From assembly GCF_964204645.1 (NCBI RefSeq), contig NC_134030.1, positions 18,064,210 through 18,128,209 on the forward strand: a stretch of 64,000 nucleotides of DNA, in the 5' to 3' direction. Origin of the DNA: Tubulanus polymorphus. Its lineage: Eukaryota; Animalia; Nemertea. This document shows, one piece after another, positions 1-15,400 of this stretch (position 1 is its first letter; the number at the start of each line of letters is the position of its first letter). The position numbers and the translations under genes were made by a program. The notes under the pieces were generated by a model, which worked only from the letters and a program-made list of their open reading frames with translations, made no database searches and was not told the origin of the DNA.

Positions 1-291
1 GAAATGAAATGCAGATGTTTGCCGGTGATTCGGCTCAAGTATAGTTTACGGAAAAGTAGAACGACGAGACTTATCATAAGAAAAAAATCAATATGCCAGA
101 GATCAATGTAGTTTAGTTTAACTTGCCGACATCACCGACATTGCCGACATTGGGAAAGAGATTTTTAATGTAGGTTAGTTTAACTTGCCGACATCGCCGA
201 CATTGCCACTCACGAAAGGGGTCAGGACTCTGTTAGAGAGTGTGTTCGTAAGAACATTGCTTTTGTATTTTTTAGATTTTGATCACTCATT

Positions 292-332
292 CACCTGATG
301 GAGCTTCTACACATTAGTAGCGAAAGCTTGTG
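292..332 (+). ncRNA. Degenerate minimal type-I hammerhead ribozyme (Penelope-like element type)
   Basis: CAC-CTGATGG-A-[GCTTCT..AGTAGC stem II]-GAAAGCTT-GTG. The core is CTGATGG rather than CTGATGA. Palindromic AGCT in stem III; followed by AATAAA. Confidence 0.55.
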
Positions 333-425
333 CGTCAAATAAATAGTTAACCTATACAGTACTACACGTCTCGTTACTGATCACAAGAAAGACAGTGAAA
401 ACGAATGTTTTGTTTTTTCAAACAG

Positions 426-3400
426 ATTTTGCACCAGTTTACAAGAAATCCAGTGAAAATGAAACATACGCAGCGTATATTGTAACAGTTGATAGTCACC
501 CATCGACTCAACAAGTTACATGTGACCCTCCAGCTGTCGTTCAAAAACTATCAAACTTTCGGTGGAACGTAACGATACCTATCGTAAATAGTATCATAAC
601 TGACTATAGAGGGCAGTGTTTGGCTGATGGTATTAATGAAAGGGTGATTGATGTCGCTGGTTATCATAACGCCGGTCCAACTGATGAACCAGGTAAGATT
701 GCGGGTAAAAATTGGATGAATTTTATCTGAATCTGAACAAATGATTTAAGTCCCGGTTGCCACGTGATAAAACTTCATTAATTCTATGCAATCAAACAAT
801 TTAGGGAGGGCTCAAATAGTACGTACAATTTTAGGGGGATGAGGGATCGTGGAAGTACTAAGGGGGGGGGGGGTTAAAAACGTCAAACATGATCAGACGT
901 ACTCATTAAGTAAGTGTAAGTCATCATTTCGATAAGTCGTCACATCACTGAAGTCTTCGATATTCTTGTGTCCCAATATTATTTGTATCTCTAATTCTAT
1001 ATACTGTATTTCCAATTTGGATAAGTCAACATAATTGCACATTATGCACATAATTGCACATAATGCGGTAGAGTCTCATGATGTAATCAGATTTGAGTCT
1101 CTGCACGGTAAGAACAGCATGACAATCCTTTAAAAGTGTCATTTCTCAGTATCAACTGACCTCGGCATATTTCATTATTTGTGAATATATCACATTCAAA
1201 TGTTACACTTTGCACAATAATTCACATTTTCTACTTTACATTTTGAAGCCGTTTGTTATTGGTGTTTTGCATTTCACTTATTAACTTTATTTAGAGGCTA
1301 TTTGAGCTTTGAAAATAAGGAGACAGATATTTCTTGCTTGACCTATTTAATTATTCAATTTAATTGCTGTTACTTTTATCAATAGTAAAAACAGAAATAT
1401 TTCTAGCTTTTTCTTTGCACAATTTAATGAAAATTGCTGATTTGTTTGAAATCCAGTTCCCGAAGGAATGAATGGAGGCAGAGTGGCTGGTGCTGTAATC
1501 GGTGTACTGATATTACTGATTCTGATAATACTGTTTATACTGTGTCATTGTGGCTGCTGTAAGTTTTACATAAAACCATCATTAAATCTAGATAATGAAA
1601 CAACAATAAACAAACTGCAGAAATAAAATACTGTATTATTTCTAATTGACAGTGCGGTGTAGAGAACCTAATGATGAACTGTGTAGATATGGAAATTGTA
1701 AGTTCTGTAATAATCGGCTAATTTTCCCTGCGTAAGCCATGTGAGTGTTAACATGCTGTACAGTATTTTATTTTGTTTTCCAGTACTGTGTTTCTATAGA
1801 AAACCTGCTGATAAACTGTTTAGATGTAATTGTCGCACCGAGAACTCGTCGGACAATGAACTATGTGTTTGTTGTTGCTGTAAGTGTCATAGAAAAATGC
1901 CATCATAGAATCTTAGAAAGGATTATCGCAAATTAGAATATTTTGTTTGTTTGTTTTCAGTGACTTGCAAATTACCTGCTGCCGATGAACCTGGTGATAA
2001 GGATGACTCCTCAGATGAACTGTGTCACTGTTGCTGCTGTGAGATCTATAAGAAAACATTCTTTGAAACTGATTATGATTGATATTCAGTAACTGTAGAA
2101 TAAACTGCTGTATTTTTTTTCTATTTGCAGTGCTGTTGAGAAGTGAGCCGTGTACATGTAATTGCTGTAAGTTGTATTAACATTGAAAACATTGATGATT
2201 AATCCTGCAAAATTAACTGTTATTGTCATTGGATATTCATGCATTTGAATTCAAAGTCCAAGAGTGTTTGAAAGTCTTTGGTCACAGTTTGTATCGATGT
2301 GAATATTCTTCAGACCGAGTTCATCATAGATGATTTAAATCAGATGCGTGCCCATCAGGTGGCGTGGTCACGTGGGGAGTAACACTGAAAACCTTGAGAT
2401 AAGTTAACTCAAGTGCGACTGACGTTATTGTCCGATGGCGAACTAGTCGTGGGCGGCTGCTCTCGCTGCCCTACCGGCGTCTTACAGTCGTTGAAATGCC
2501 CAAACACTTATAATAAGACGGCGGGGCTTTTGGAATAATTTTCTCGAAAAAACGCCAAAAATTTTCCCAAAATCTCGAGAAATTAATTTTCTAATTCGCA
2601 AACTGGACGGTTTAAACACATGAAGGTTACGCAGTATCATCGGTTCAATTGTCTCAAAATCTATCATAGCATTAGCTGCATCTACGATATCCAAATCACA
2701 GCATCATCCATTTTCTTTGTTGGATCAATATGTCAGGTTTTGTCTGTGAGGTGAGTGTAGACAAACAGTATTTGAGTTTTCTAATTTACAGTACCGTTTT
2801 TGGTTCCGAAATCTAAAGATGCGATTGAATTGTTGCGTTGGACAAGTGAAACCTGGTATGAAAAAGGTAAGATTCTCTCACATGATTTACTGCACATATT
2901 CTCAGATATCGGTTTGATAATTTTAGGTGTTGTTTTCTTTGTAGATCATGAGAATTGGGTGAAAACACGTGACCAACTGCAGCCAGGTATTTATAGAATT
3001 ATTAACCCTTTATTTCTATAATATGTAGAATATCTTGCATGAATACAGTTCATAGTTTTAGAAATCATTCACTAATAATCTGGTCCCGGTTTTATAGACT
3101 GGTATTATCTTTAACCCGGGGTTAACTATATTCATTATCAATTAGGTTAACCTCGGGTTAAGGTTAATACCAGTCTATAAAATTGGGCCCTGAATTATAT
3201 CCAACAGATATTGTTTCATTATAACAACTGTAATTATCAACTTAAGTTTGTGCTTTGCTAACGACGTCGGTAGTTTAAAGAATGTCATGATTGGAATCAA
3301 GATGGCTGACTGGTGCATTTTTGCATATTTTTGAAGGCGCTTCAGTCAATTGAGATAAGGTTTAATCTGCAGCCAAATATTGAGCACAATCATCCTTTTT

Positions 3401-6400
3401 GCAAAATATTGAAGAACTTTTTGATCAATTGTGTTAGTTAAGTGAGATCAGAGCGGTGAACGTTGGTCTATGAACCGGAGTTCACTGCCGACTCATCATT
3501 TCTCTCCGGGAAGGGGCCGAGGTCACCACCCCACCCCCATCGGAGTGAACAAGTTTAGGCGACCAAGCCCTCCCAGGTCCGTCACCTGCGAGATCGGAAC
3601 TCTTTTGGTTAACAATGTTAGTATACATCATTGTAAATTGGGTGTCCAATATTGGTTATTAGTACATTATAAAATATAAAGCTGCGTCCTAGCCATGTAG
3701 CCGCGATGGTCTAGTCATGTGGTATGACCGCCTTAAAAAATAGGGAACCGGTCTACGTGTATAGATCCTACTACTACCATGAACCTATCTGGTTCTTGTG
3801 GTGTTTGGAGCGACAATGCGCCTAGATCGCTTACGAATCTTTATCACGGATCTCTGCTTCAATAGCAAGATTATGCTCAAGTCTATGTGCTGATGACTTA
3901 TGGACACCTAGCGCGTTACTACTACTGAATTTCCTACTACATTGAAAGTCACCTTCGTTACTTCCGGTCGCCATAAAATTCTAGTAAGCAAACTGGACAC
4001 ACTTATGGTGGGTCCGACCCTCTATGCAATACCAGATCTCGGCATCCGTCAACTATCGGCGGATCACATTGACTAGCATCGCTAGTAAAATTATTTTCGT
4101 TAATACGTTTCGGAACCAGTTACAAGTGCCCCTGCAATCGGGTGGTTAGCCCAATCCAGCTTAAGGCGGTTGGGGAGGTTATTACCGCCTCCCCGCTCGG
4201 CCAGGTGGTGATTTTGTCAGCGCTACTCGTGTAGCCGGTTTCCGGTCGCAGCCGCCTGGCCAGTAACTTTGGTTCAGTGGGCACACCACGCGGACCTACT
4301 TACTCCCCTCCAAACGAAATTTTTGATGATGAGTTAAGGGTTGGAGAGTTTCAGCTTTGCAACTTTAGTTTCTAACCTGGACCGTCTGCAGTCCAAAACA
4401 TTTGCCTGGCAGCCATTGTTTTACACAGAAGTTACCACTTCAAGACATTTGGGTTAATTGTCTTGACGTTTGAAATATATTATAAATTATTATACCCTGA
4501 ACACAACACCCTGCCACATAAACATTTGGCCGACTGGTTTTCGTTTTCAAAAATCAGTACTGTTTTTTAGGTTTTGTGAGATTTTTTAAGACGCTTTGAT
4601 AGATTTTTTATTGATGTTTGTTTTATACATGTACTTACCCTAAATGTATCAGCAGTTATAAAAATGTAATAGTTACAGCCGAGACTATTGTTGTTTGGCA
4701 GCGGCGGATTCGGGCTGGTCCGAGGTTCGAACCCCCTTTCTGACCAAGTGCCCAAAATAAAGGCTTCTCATCCCTTGTACTGGTCATTATCTAATGTGCA
4801 CTAAATGTGCATAAAAATGATGTACCTAGATTATCAATTATTTTGCACTTCGTGCCTGCGACCCTTGCAGGGCCACTCAACACCAACAAAAAGTGCCCTT
4901 TCGTATAAGATGAACCCTTTTGTGACCAAGTGCCGGAAATATAGGCTTCTGCTCGGTACTGATCATGATCTAATATGGCACTAAAGTGAAATAAAAATGA
5001 TGTACCTATACGTACAATATTTACACTTTGCGCCTGCCACCTATCACAAATAAAAAGTGCCCATCTCATGTGAGTTGAACCCCTCTTTCTGACAGCGTGG
5101 ATCCGCCCCTGTTCGGTAAAATCAGCAGTTTTGCACAATTTGTTGACTCATATGTTGAACCAGCATGTTATGTTTTATTGTATGTTTTTGGTTGATTTTA
5201 AATACAATTAACTCACAATTAGGGGCGGATCCACCGTATTCCATGATATAGTCAGAAAAACGTGATCAACATATATTACTAGATGCCCCTTTGTATACAT
5301 CTCGTTGAGGTGATGAATGTAAATAAATTTCAAATTTCAAAATTTCATGATTCAAATTTTAAAATGAAAATGATTCAAATTTTTAAAACTGCGGATTTAG
5401 ATTTAGAGGATTGGAAATGCGGGGAACGAGAAACGTTTTTTTTTCATGTCAATCTGTAGCTAATATGTTTAATAGTTAAAACTGGAGACTTTGAGGTCAT
5501 TGAAAGGTTTTTCAGTCCAGGTATATTAGATATTTATTGTAATTTCATTTAGATTAAACAATATAAACTCAGAGAGTTCATTTATAAATCAGCAGATTGT
5601 TTGTAACTTCGATGAATTCATTTAAAAAATGAATTTAAAATAAGTTTTTCTTTTATAGGAATTGTTAGAATAATCGGCGATGTTTACGGAACTGAGAATG
5701 ATTGGGAGATAACGAGAGATGAGGATAAACAAGGTAAGAGTAGTGAAAGGTATGAGTAGTCAGAGGTAAGAGTAGTGAGTGGTAAGAGTGGAGAGGTAAA
5801 AGTGGTGAGAAGTAAGAGGCGTTACAGGTAAGAGTAGTGAGTGGTAACAGGAGTGAGAGGTAAGAGGAGTGAGTGGTAAGAGAAGTGAGTGGTAAGAGGA
5901 GTGATGACTCAGTTGCCAGGGGAAGTGCAGAACCGGATGTTTGGTCTCTTGCAACCGTGCATAGTACATACCATACTGTCTCTAAATATGACACTTCTAC
6001 CTCCTATCTTCATCCAGCAGTAATTCAAACTGTTTGATGCACAGTTTATTTGATTATTGAACAAATACTTTCTATATTTCATTTCAGAAAAAGCTATCAG
6101 AGAATTCTTATTCCAACAGTTATCACGTGATCAAAGTAAGTTATTCTTTACCTATAGTTTGTGTTAAGTTCATGTACGTGAGTTGTGTGAACATGCACAT
6201 GTGTGTTATGTGAACATGCGCATGTGTGTTATGTGAACATGCACATGTGTGATATGTGAACATGTATGTTGCGTGGAAGTCACCTCTAGGCTCCATCATG
6301 ACGGTAGAAAATATCTCAGCAGGAAAATAACGATAACTATAATGTTTTAATATTGAGCCGCAAACGATCTTGTCGTGACACCAGATAGGACAGTAACTAT

Positions 6401-9400
6401 CGTTTCTGAGCTGCGCACAACTAATCCCGCGTATTTTTATAAGCCTCTAAATAATACGTCATAATCACGTGCAGCAGTGTTACACACATTTGTAAACCGA
6501 TTAGAGATCACACTCTAACATTGTACATGTGTGTTATATGAACATGCACATATGAGTTATGCATGCAATGTACATGTGCATGCATGTGAGTAATACTTAT
6601 GTGATGTATGTGAACAAGTAAATGTGAGTTAAGTTAATATAAGAGTTTAATGTCGGTGTATTTTCAGGTATGTTAGATTTGGTGAAAGAAATCCTAAGTA
6701 AGTTTACGAAATGACTCAGTATTTCCTCTTCAACTCGAATCATGGATTCAAATGAGTCTATAATTATCTATTGACAGGAAAATACGCGACAATAAACGAT
6801 TTAAAAACGAAACTATTTAATGAGATCGGTAAGATTCGGTTGAATACAGTTATTGGTGTATGAGTTTATTGATTATTATTCTACTGTTAACTCTTATGTT
6901 ATGTTGTAAATGTATTACAGATAAACTACTGAACAAAAAGAGGTCAATAGATGGCGCTGATGCAGTTTACAATAGAGATGAAGGTACTTTACTGTTCAAA
7001 CTTTCAGCTTCGCTGATAGAAATGTAGCGAATTCAACATGGCCACCTGGCAGCCTTTTTGCAATAAGTCTATAAACCTGATAGAAGCGACCAGTTGAGAA
7101 TTTGCAATAATTCAGTGTGTTATTTCGTAAATGGAATGTTATTCTAATCGCATTTTTGCCTAAATTCGTTCCATTTTGCACGATTCGATACATTCAGAAA
7201 TACTCAAGTTACAACAACATAATCAGATTTACACAATCCAGAACAAAGAAACTGAGAAATAAGATTGAGAAATAAGATGTGATATAAACTAGGGGTAATG
7301 ATACAACATGAAACAGAATTTCCAATCTATTTCTTTGTTTCAGATGAAGTTCATGTTAGTTTTATGACGCAATTGAATGAAGAGAAAAGACCCTTGACAG
7401 ACAAAGAGAAAGAGTTCACCAGGGATGGTCAGTAAACTATGAAATCGATCTGAGTTCAATTATAAGTTGACTACACAGATTTACCACAGAGTCTGAAAAG
7501 TGCTTCAAAAAATTACTGACGAAAATTGCTAACCTTTTGAAAAAAGGTCTTCCGCATTTTTCAAATTTGTCGCTAATGTTTTAGGATTTATCTGTATTTA
7601 TAGATTTGCAAAATGAAGCGAGCGCCAAAAGAGCAACTGCTCTGTGTGAATCACATTGAGCTTTTATTGGAAGTTATCAAACATCATTTTAAATATTGTA
7701 GTTTTTGTAAGTTTCAAATCTCCAGTAAACGGTTATAATGAATTTCTATATTTTCAGTCGCTTTATCAGTTGAAGCTATTGTTGATTTGTTTGCTGATAT
7801 GTCCGGTAGGTTCCATAAATCATTTCAGTAAAAATACTGTGGAGTTTGTTGTGGAATCATTGAATAATTGATTGTGTTTATTTTTACTGTAGATGCTGAA
7901 TTATGTGAACGAGGAATATTCAACATTAAACGTAGGTTTTAATTCTCATTTATCCTCGACTGAGTTTATAAATACATGAGCTCTATAATCTACTGTACAT
8001 ATACATGTGGGTTCTCTCCGTACATGTACATGTGAGTTCTCTGTACATGTACATGTACAACTGAGCTACATGTACATGCGAGTTCTCTGTACTTCTCAGT
8101 CCTGTGCGAACTATTTTCTTCAAACACTTTTACTTTATATTTCAGCTACTGATGAAATTGCTGGTAAGTTATAATATTCACTATGATGTATAAACTGGTG
8201 CTGAGGCCGTTCAATTATAACTGAAATATCGCTGTATCTTTTTATAGATATGTTTGTAAAAGAAACACTTCAAACAGAAGTTAAACAACAGAATGGTGAG
8301 TTTTCACTGAATCTATCAGGGGGGCTGACAACTGTAAACTGATTACAAATTAAACATAGTTTGTCTAATTACAGGAAACCCCGTCACACAAATAGAAATC
8401 CAGAAAGTAACTGATGAAACAAGGATAGGTGTGTTATACAATAAATTAATTATCATAATTTATCCATAATTTATTCTATATTGTCAAGATTAAAACTATC
8501 TACCGGTACTAAAATCATGGATAGAAATTTACCCCGCAATTGTAATATCTTTATGGTTGGTATTACAGAAATGGGAGTGGTTCACCGAACCGTTTTGTGA
8601 ACAAAGATATTTATGGTAAGACTGAAAATGTTTTCATTTAGATATTATTCTTTCCTTAATATTCACGCTAATTACAAATCGTTTCGTGAATGAGGATTCC
8701 GGTTTACAATAAAACCAGCTACCCGGTAATGTGCAACAAATGGCAACGTTGTCAAAATTCATCGGCTTTGTGGCAAATTTAAGGTTTTATAAAACCCGGT
8801 TAATCCACATGTATTTGGATGAAATTATAGTTTGAACTGATCCGGTCAATATTTATGTCATTTCATTCATGTATTCATTTGCAGAATCAGTTTTATTGGC
8901 GTCAAGTTTGCAGAAATTAGAAGAGAACAAACATTCTACAGAACTAGATAAAAGTGAGTGTAAACTTTCTTTGTCCCTCGAACTAAATTTACAGAGTATT
9001 TGATGACCATGAATTGAAAATGAAATTTATTGATGTCATCAGATTATCAGAGGCATCTGTTTTGATTCAGAACCAAGTTTTAGCCGACAGTATGTATCGA
9101 TGTGAATATTCTTCAGACCGACCTCATCGTTGATGATTAAAATCAGTTGCATTTGAACTAGAAAGTTGCCCAGTTAGTATCATGGGAACAAAATCAATCG
9201 TAGCTTGAATTAGATTAGATTATTCTTCATCGCTCCAAATTGCTGAATTGACCATGTTTTGATTGCCATGCACATATCCAATGGGGTGGCTCTGACAATA
9301 TCCAAATCATATTATCATTAGAGGATGGCTCCGGGTGGATTTCTGTCAAAATGTTCCATTTTGGGAAATTGTTTGATTTGATAAGCTGTTCAACTGTTTT

Positions 9401-12400
9401 TGTTTTTCAGGTGTCTATGAAATAAGCCGAGATGTTTTAGGTAAGAACTAAATAATAGTAACGAACTATAAATATCGAGGTCTAGGGTCGAAAGCAGACG
9501 CTTTAAAAGAAAATTATCTATAGAACTCTGACTGGAATCTTTAGTCCATTTTTGTTTATGTCTCGTGATTTCCTGATGAGCCAGAAACTTGTTTGACTGA
9601 CTTTTTATCAAATATTTCAAAAGAGGTTTAAAATAGAAGTGTTGATGTCATCAGTAGTTAATGCTATGTTTGATCAAACTTGATTGTGAATACTGTTTTC
9701 CATTTTTCAGAAATGAAATTGAAAATCGCAGTTTTCAAATCTATCAAAGGTAAGAGGTCTATGTAAATATTGCATCAGAATCAGCAGGGTTTATTTCATC
9801 ATTTTCCCAGATTCAACCTGAGCTCAATTTTTTGTGGATCTCAATTGCTCATTGCTTTCATGTTGAATAACTTTTAGAATTGTACGCTGGACGAGCTGAA
9901 AGATTTAAGAAAGAACTCAAAGAGAAACTGAAACAAGAGGAAAATGAAGAGAGTAAAAATGAGGAGGAATTGAACAGAATAATTCACAGTTCAGTTTGTC
10001 AGGCGTTTAAATATATCGCTGATATGAATGAAACTAAATATTGATTTAATATCTCAAATTATACATGCACTTAACATGTAACATGCTAAATGGGAATGAA
10101 TGCACATGTAACATGTTCATGTAAATGAATGCGCATTTAACATCGTTCAAACATCTTTGATACATTTCAGAAACTCTGAAGGATGATAAAGTTGTTGGAT
10201 ATAGAGGTTTGTACATAATTCAACTGTTTCAATCACAAACCAGTTTTTATCATGAATAATCTGTTTGATTTTCTCTATTTATATTTCAGTGAGTCGAAAT
10301 GAGATAAGTGAGTTCTGATTGATATTTATAATGAGCACAATTTGTAAATATTATCAGTACGTTAGACTGCGCGATTGCCTCTGATTTCATGAAACTAATC
10401 AATAAATGTCATGTTGTAATTTGTCATATTTACCTGTTTATAAGTTGCATGTGATTTTCTATATTCATAGATTCTAAACTACATGAATTAGCCGATAAAG
10501 AGTTTGAAGATAGGAAAGGTACTGTACACATTACAAAGTGTGAAAGTTAACGTGTTTTATGTTTAAAATCTTATTTATGTTTATTATCAATGTTTATTAC
10601 AGTTGGTAGTGGTTATAGAATAAAGACACCTGAAGAAATAGTGACTGTAACACTGAATATACCGGCACAACTCCGCACTGGTAAGTGACTACAGTGAAGT
10701 GGTGAACTTGAATTCAATACAGTTAAAATGAATTGCGAGTTATTTTGACAAGTTGAGAACGAGGCAAATCAGTTCATTACAAATTTTCTGTGTTTTTAAA
10801 TCGTTGGAATTTCATTTAATTTTTGTAGAGTTGGATTCAGCTAGACGTGATCCAGTTATTCTGTGGGATCGAGCGGGTATTGTATAAGTCTGTTATAAAT
10901 CTTACCTGTTTATGCCACTGATCTCACCATGTATTTCATCGATCCCAACAATGGCTGGCATGAAATAATTTTTCTGTGATAACGGAATTTTCAGCTTCTT
11001 AGGAGCATTAGTCTGGAATATTCTGCGACTGATCTTTGTCCCTGCAAAAAATCCTTTATCTGATCGTTTAGGAATTACCAGAAAATGTTATTCTATTTTA
11101 AACTCGATCATGAGGAGCATACCCTGAAAATGGTTTTCTAACCCGGGTTTACTAGTCTTATAAATGAAGTTTTATAATGAAACCAAGCTCAATGAATGTT
11201 GTGTCTATGTTTGCTGTTTTCATCAGAATTTCAGTGGAATATTTCAAGGATGAATTCATTCGTGCAATACAATCTGATGAATCATTGAAAACTGATACTC
11301 GAACTGCCTTAGATAAAAGTAAGTTACTTCTACAGTAAACTACATTTACATCTACAGTAAACTACATTTACATCTACAGTAATCTACAGTAAACTACATT
11401 TACATCTACAGTAAACTACATTTACATCTACAATTAGACACAGTTATTCACTGAGATTGTTAATCATTGAAATTTGCTTGTGGTTTCTTGAACAATCAAG
11501 TAACATCAACGATTTGTTGAGGAGAGAAAACTCGAAAGGTAAAATTCTCTCATGAAACTTGGATAAGATATTTGTTTTTACGAACCGAAAAATTTTACTT
11601 GAGATGAAATGATTCAAACGTTGTCTTCTATTTTTAGTTGTTGATAGAATTTATGGTGACGTGAAAAACAAAATAAAATCAATATCTACAGGTTTGTATT
11701 TTGATAATTTACTATCAATTCCTGCATTTAAATGTGAGATATATTTCCCGCTCACGTCACGTCACGTCATATCACGTCGTAATTTTGAAGGTGATTAGTT
11801 TTATTTCATTCTTCATCGCAGATTGATTTATGTCTGAATTTACGTTCTACTTCTATTTGTGATTTCAGAGGAATTAAAGGAACGAGGAATCGTAGCTTAT
11901 ATAGAAGTGAGCAGAATTCCACAGTTTCGAGTTACCCGTAAACTCCTATAACACTATATAGACTCCTAACCTGTATATTCCTAACACTAAACTCCAACCA
12001 CTGAGACTGAACTAAATTCAACCATAGTTGAAGTAAACTGTATGATTTGACCTGTTTAGATCTACTCAATGTTTGTATATGAATTATTGTGTTTCTGTTT
12101 TTCAGTAAAAGATGAAATATCGAGTAAGTACTGATAACAACTTACACATTGTAGTCTAGGTAAATAGATTTACGAAATGATATGATAAGTTGTGTTTTGA
12201 TAGCTCCAATCCAAAAAAAATCCAATGAAACTGCTCAGAGTGCTTTACAGATGATGAAAATGCTTCCTTCAACGGGAAGGATTGGTAAAGAATAATATGT
12301 TTCCCTCTCCCTGCAGTAATCTATTGTGTTCATTCTGTTTCAGTGAATTACATCAAACCAATTATTGAAAACAGAATCCCAGAATTTGAAGGTGAATATA

Positions 12401-15400
12401 TTATGTTGACTGATTATTTTGCTTCTCATGTGGAATACACAGTTATTTCGCATATGGTCGACTGTATTTTGTAGGAAGATATTGTGACGCTATAGCAGCA
12501 TAAATAGTTTACAACAGTTGACATCATGATATTTTCTAAATATTTTCTAAATTAGTCTCTGGTCCTGGTTAGGTACATTGTAACATGTAAAATTTCAGAT
12601 TCACTAGTGACTGTTTTAGAAGAGAAATGTAAAAAGGCTCGCAGTATGTGGTCATCAAAACACTGGGTATATGATATATCTGGAAGGTGTAAGTTCACGG
12701 TGAAATCAGTTTGTGATTTATAATAGAATTCTATTGTATAAAAACTTGTCTATTGTTTATTACATATAGTGTCTGTACTCAGTGAATTTACCAGTGAAAC
12801 TTCAAAGACAAACACAGGTTATTGGAAACAAGTCAAAGAATGTTTCGGTAAATAATAAATTCTTGTTTCACTGAACGTTTTATCAAATGATCTGTTTTTA
12901 GGTTTTGAATAATAATTGTTTGTTCTGTTTTAATAGGAGATAAAATTAACAGTGAAACAAATACAACTAAACTAACAGATATAGGTGAATATCAATACAA
13001 TAACAACTTATTATTCAAATTAACAAAAAAATTTTGCGTTGAATTCATTGAAGATAAAATTTATTGATGTCATCAGATCATCAGAGGCATCTGTTTTGAT
13101 TCAGAGCCAAGTTTAAGTGATGTTAAACTATGAATGACAGTTTGTATCGATGTGAAATAATCTTCAGACCGAGTTCATCGTAGATGACTAAAATCAGTTG
13201 CGTCTAAACACAAAAACGTTTAAGCAACCGGTATCAAATCAAATATTATCAGATTTAAAATCAATCATTTATTTATTTATTTGTTTTCAGTTGATGAGTG
13301 TTTGGGTGAATGCACTAAAACAATAAGTGACAAGTGGCACCTTGGTGAGTACCCATCATGAGTACCTCTCATGACCACCCCCAATGAGTACCTCTCATGA
13401 GTACGTTGTTCTAATAACCACCAAGCTTCTTGAGTTCTGTTAAGTACGGAACGTGAATACAAATCTTAATTCGAGTACAATAAACTACTGGAAGACGAAT
13501 GAGTAACAAAGATTAACTATCGAGATATGTGATCAGTGTAGTGGTGAGTACATGAGTACCAAATACAGACACTCAACTGAGTACCCAGTCCCGGTACCTG
13601 AATCGTTTAAAGACATTTAAATGATGTAATTTATTGATCAAGTTGAAACAAACTGCAACGGAACCAGTTTCAATGACAGTTTTTCTGTGAACTTATGTTT
13701 ATGTTTTGATATTTTTAGGTGATTTTAAGAAACGCAAAATGATCGTAGATACAGGTAAATATTGTGTAGCTCTGATATTCAGCCTAGTACTGCCCCCTGG
13801 TGACTGTATGAGATGTATCTATTCTGTTATTTGTATTATAGAAGTGATTGTTGATGAGATAAAACGCGACTATTTTCAAACTCCCGAATTTAGAAGTAAG
13901 TTTCCAATAAAATCAGAACCTGTTTTAACAACCAGAACTCAAATATTTGTGTATTATTATTTATAGGTTCAGTTGAGACTGCAGTGAATGAAGCTATCAA
14001 GAATTCAGGTAATTGAATATTTCCAATTAATTAATTTCCAATTAATTCTTCAATTGAAATTTTGAATTGACTTCAGAATTGAGTTCAGTTTGGCTGAAAA
14101 TGTATCTTTTTATTGTATCAACATATTTCATTTTTACAGATGAATCAAGACTTAACAATAAACCAAACTATGAAGCTGCAGGTTTGTAAAACTCAAATTT
14201 CTGCTAATTTGACCTGACGAATTTCACAGATTAGAAAACAAATTCCCTGAGAACATTTTGAAATATGTCAGTTATTTCCATTTCCATGGTTTCTCGTCGT
14301 TACTAGAGGGGTAGTCACCCTTATTGATGACTTACCCCTAAGGGTAACTATGAAAAGCAGTCTATGAAACCAGGAAGATTATGTAATATTCTGTTCAGAA
14401 TTAAATTTTATTATTTCAGTGAAGTGGATAGCTGATGAAATGAAAGGTAAATTGACTGATAATAAATACTCAGTTTCATTATGAGTTTGTGTTGATGTTT
14501 ACTGAATCATTTCTAATTTCAGATTTCACGGTTATACCATCTGAATCTTATGGTAAGTAATATTGTTTATATCTATATATGTTATGTGGGCGCCTCATCT
14601 GTCAGCCAACTGGGCGGGAATTTGAGTAACAATTCACTAAAAATCCTGATGTTTTTTTCAGAGCGTAATGAATTTGCTAAACGTGCACGAGTAGAAGGTA
14701 ATGAATAAATAATGTGTGTTAAAATTGATGTTATCAATTTTGATAATGTTTTATAATATATTCTATTTCTATTTCAGTAATGAGAAAATCAAGAGAGTTG
14801 ATAGATGAGATACGTGCTATAACAGATAAAAGTAATCAATATTGACTTCTATAAGCATCTTACTGACTCAATAATTCCATATTCATGAATTCATGTTTCC
14901 ACATTTATATATAGTCATGTAACATGTCTTAAGGTTCCCAAACCGGAAATTTCAAAATAATATTTCCTGGCTCAAAATATTTGCGTTGTAAGTTGATAGA
15001 CTTTCCTCTAATTCGGGAAATACATTTGAAATTCATTTTGCGCCTCAACTTTCTTCGGCGATCTTTCTTGAAAATCACCTTCATCAACCAATCACCAGTA
15101 AAATGTTTATAGTTTGATGCATCAGTTTTTCGGGAATAATTTATTTTATTTTCAGACATATTAAGAAGGCGCGGTTTCCTGGTAGATGATGAATAGTGCA
15201 AGTAAATCATACAGTCGTCACTTTCTGATTTAAACCATATGATCGAGGTTAAACTAGTTTTGAGGTTAAATGGTTTGAAATAAAATATATCGATGAAATT
15301 GAGATGAAATTAAGTTCCGTTTTCTCCTGGTTTATGAGAAATCCAGTTTTAGAATCGTTTTCCACGAGAAACTACGTAGTTGATTGTTTAAAAAAAAGAG

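Noticed and set aside
3450-4380. GC-richer intronic block, possible retroelement fragment
   Set aside because: No recognisable protein motif, termini or TSD.
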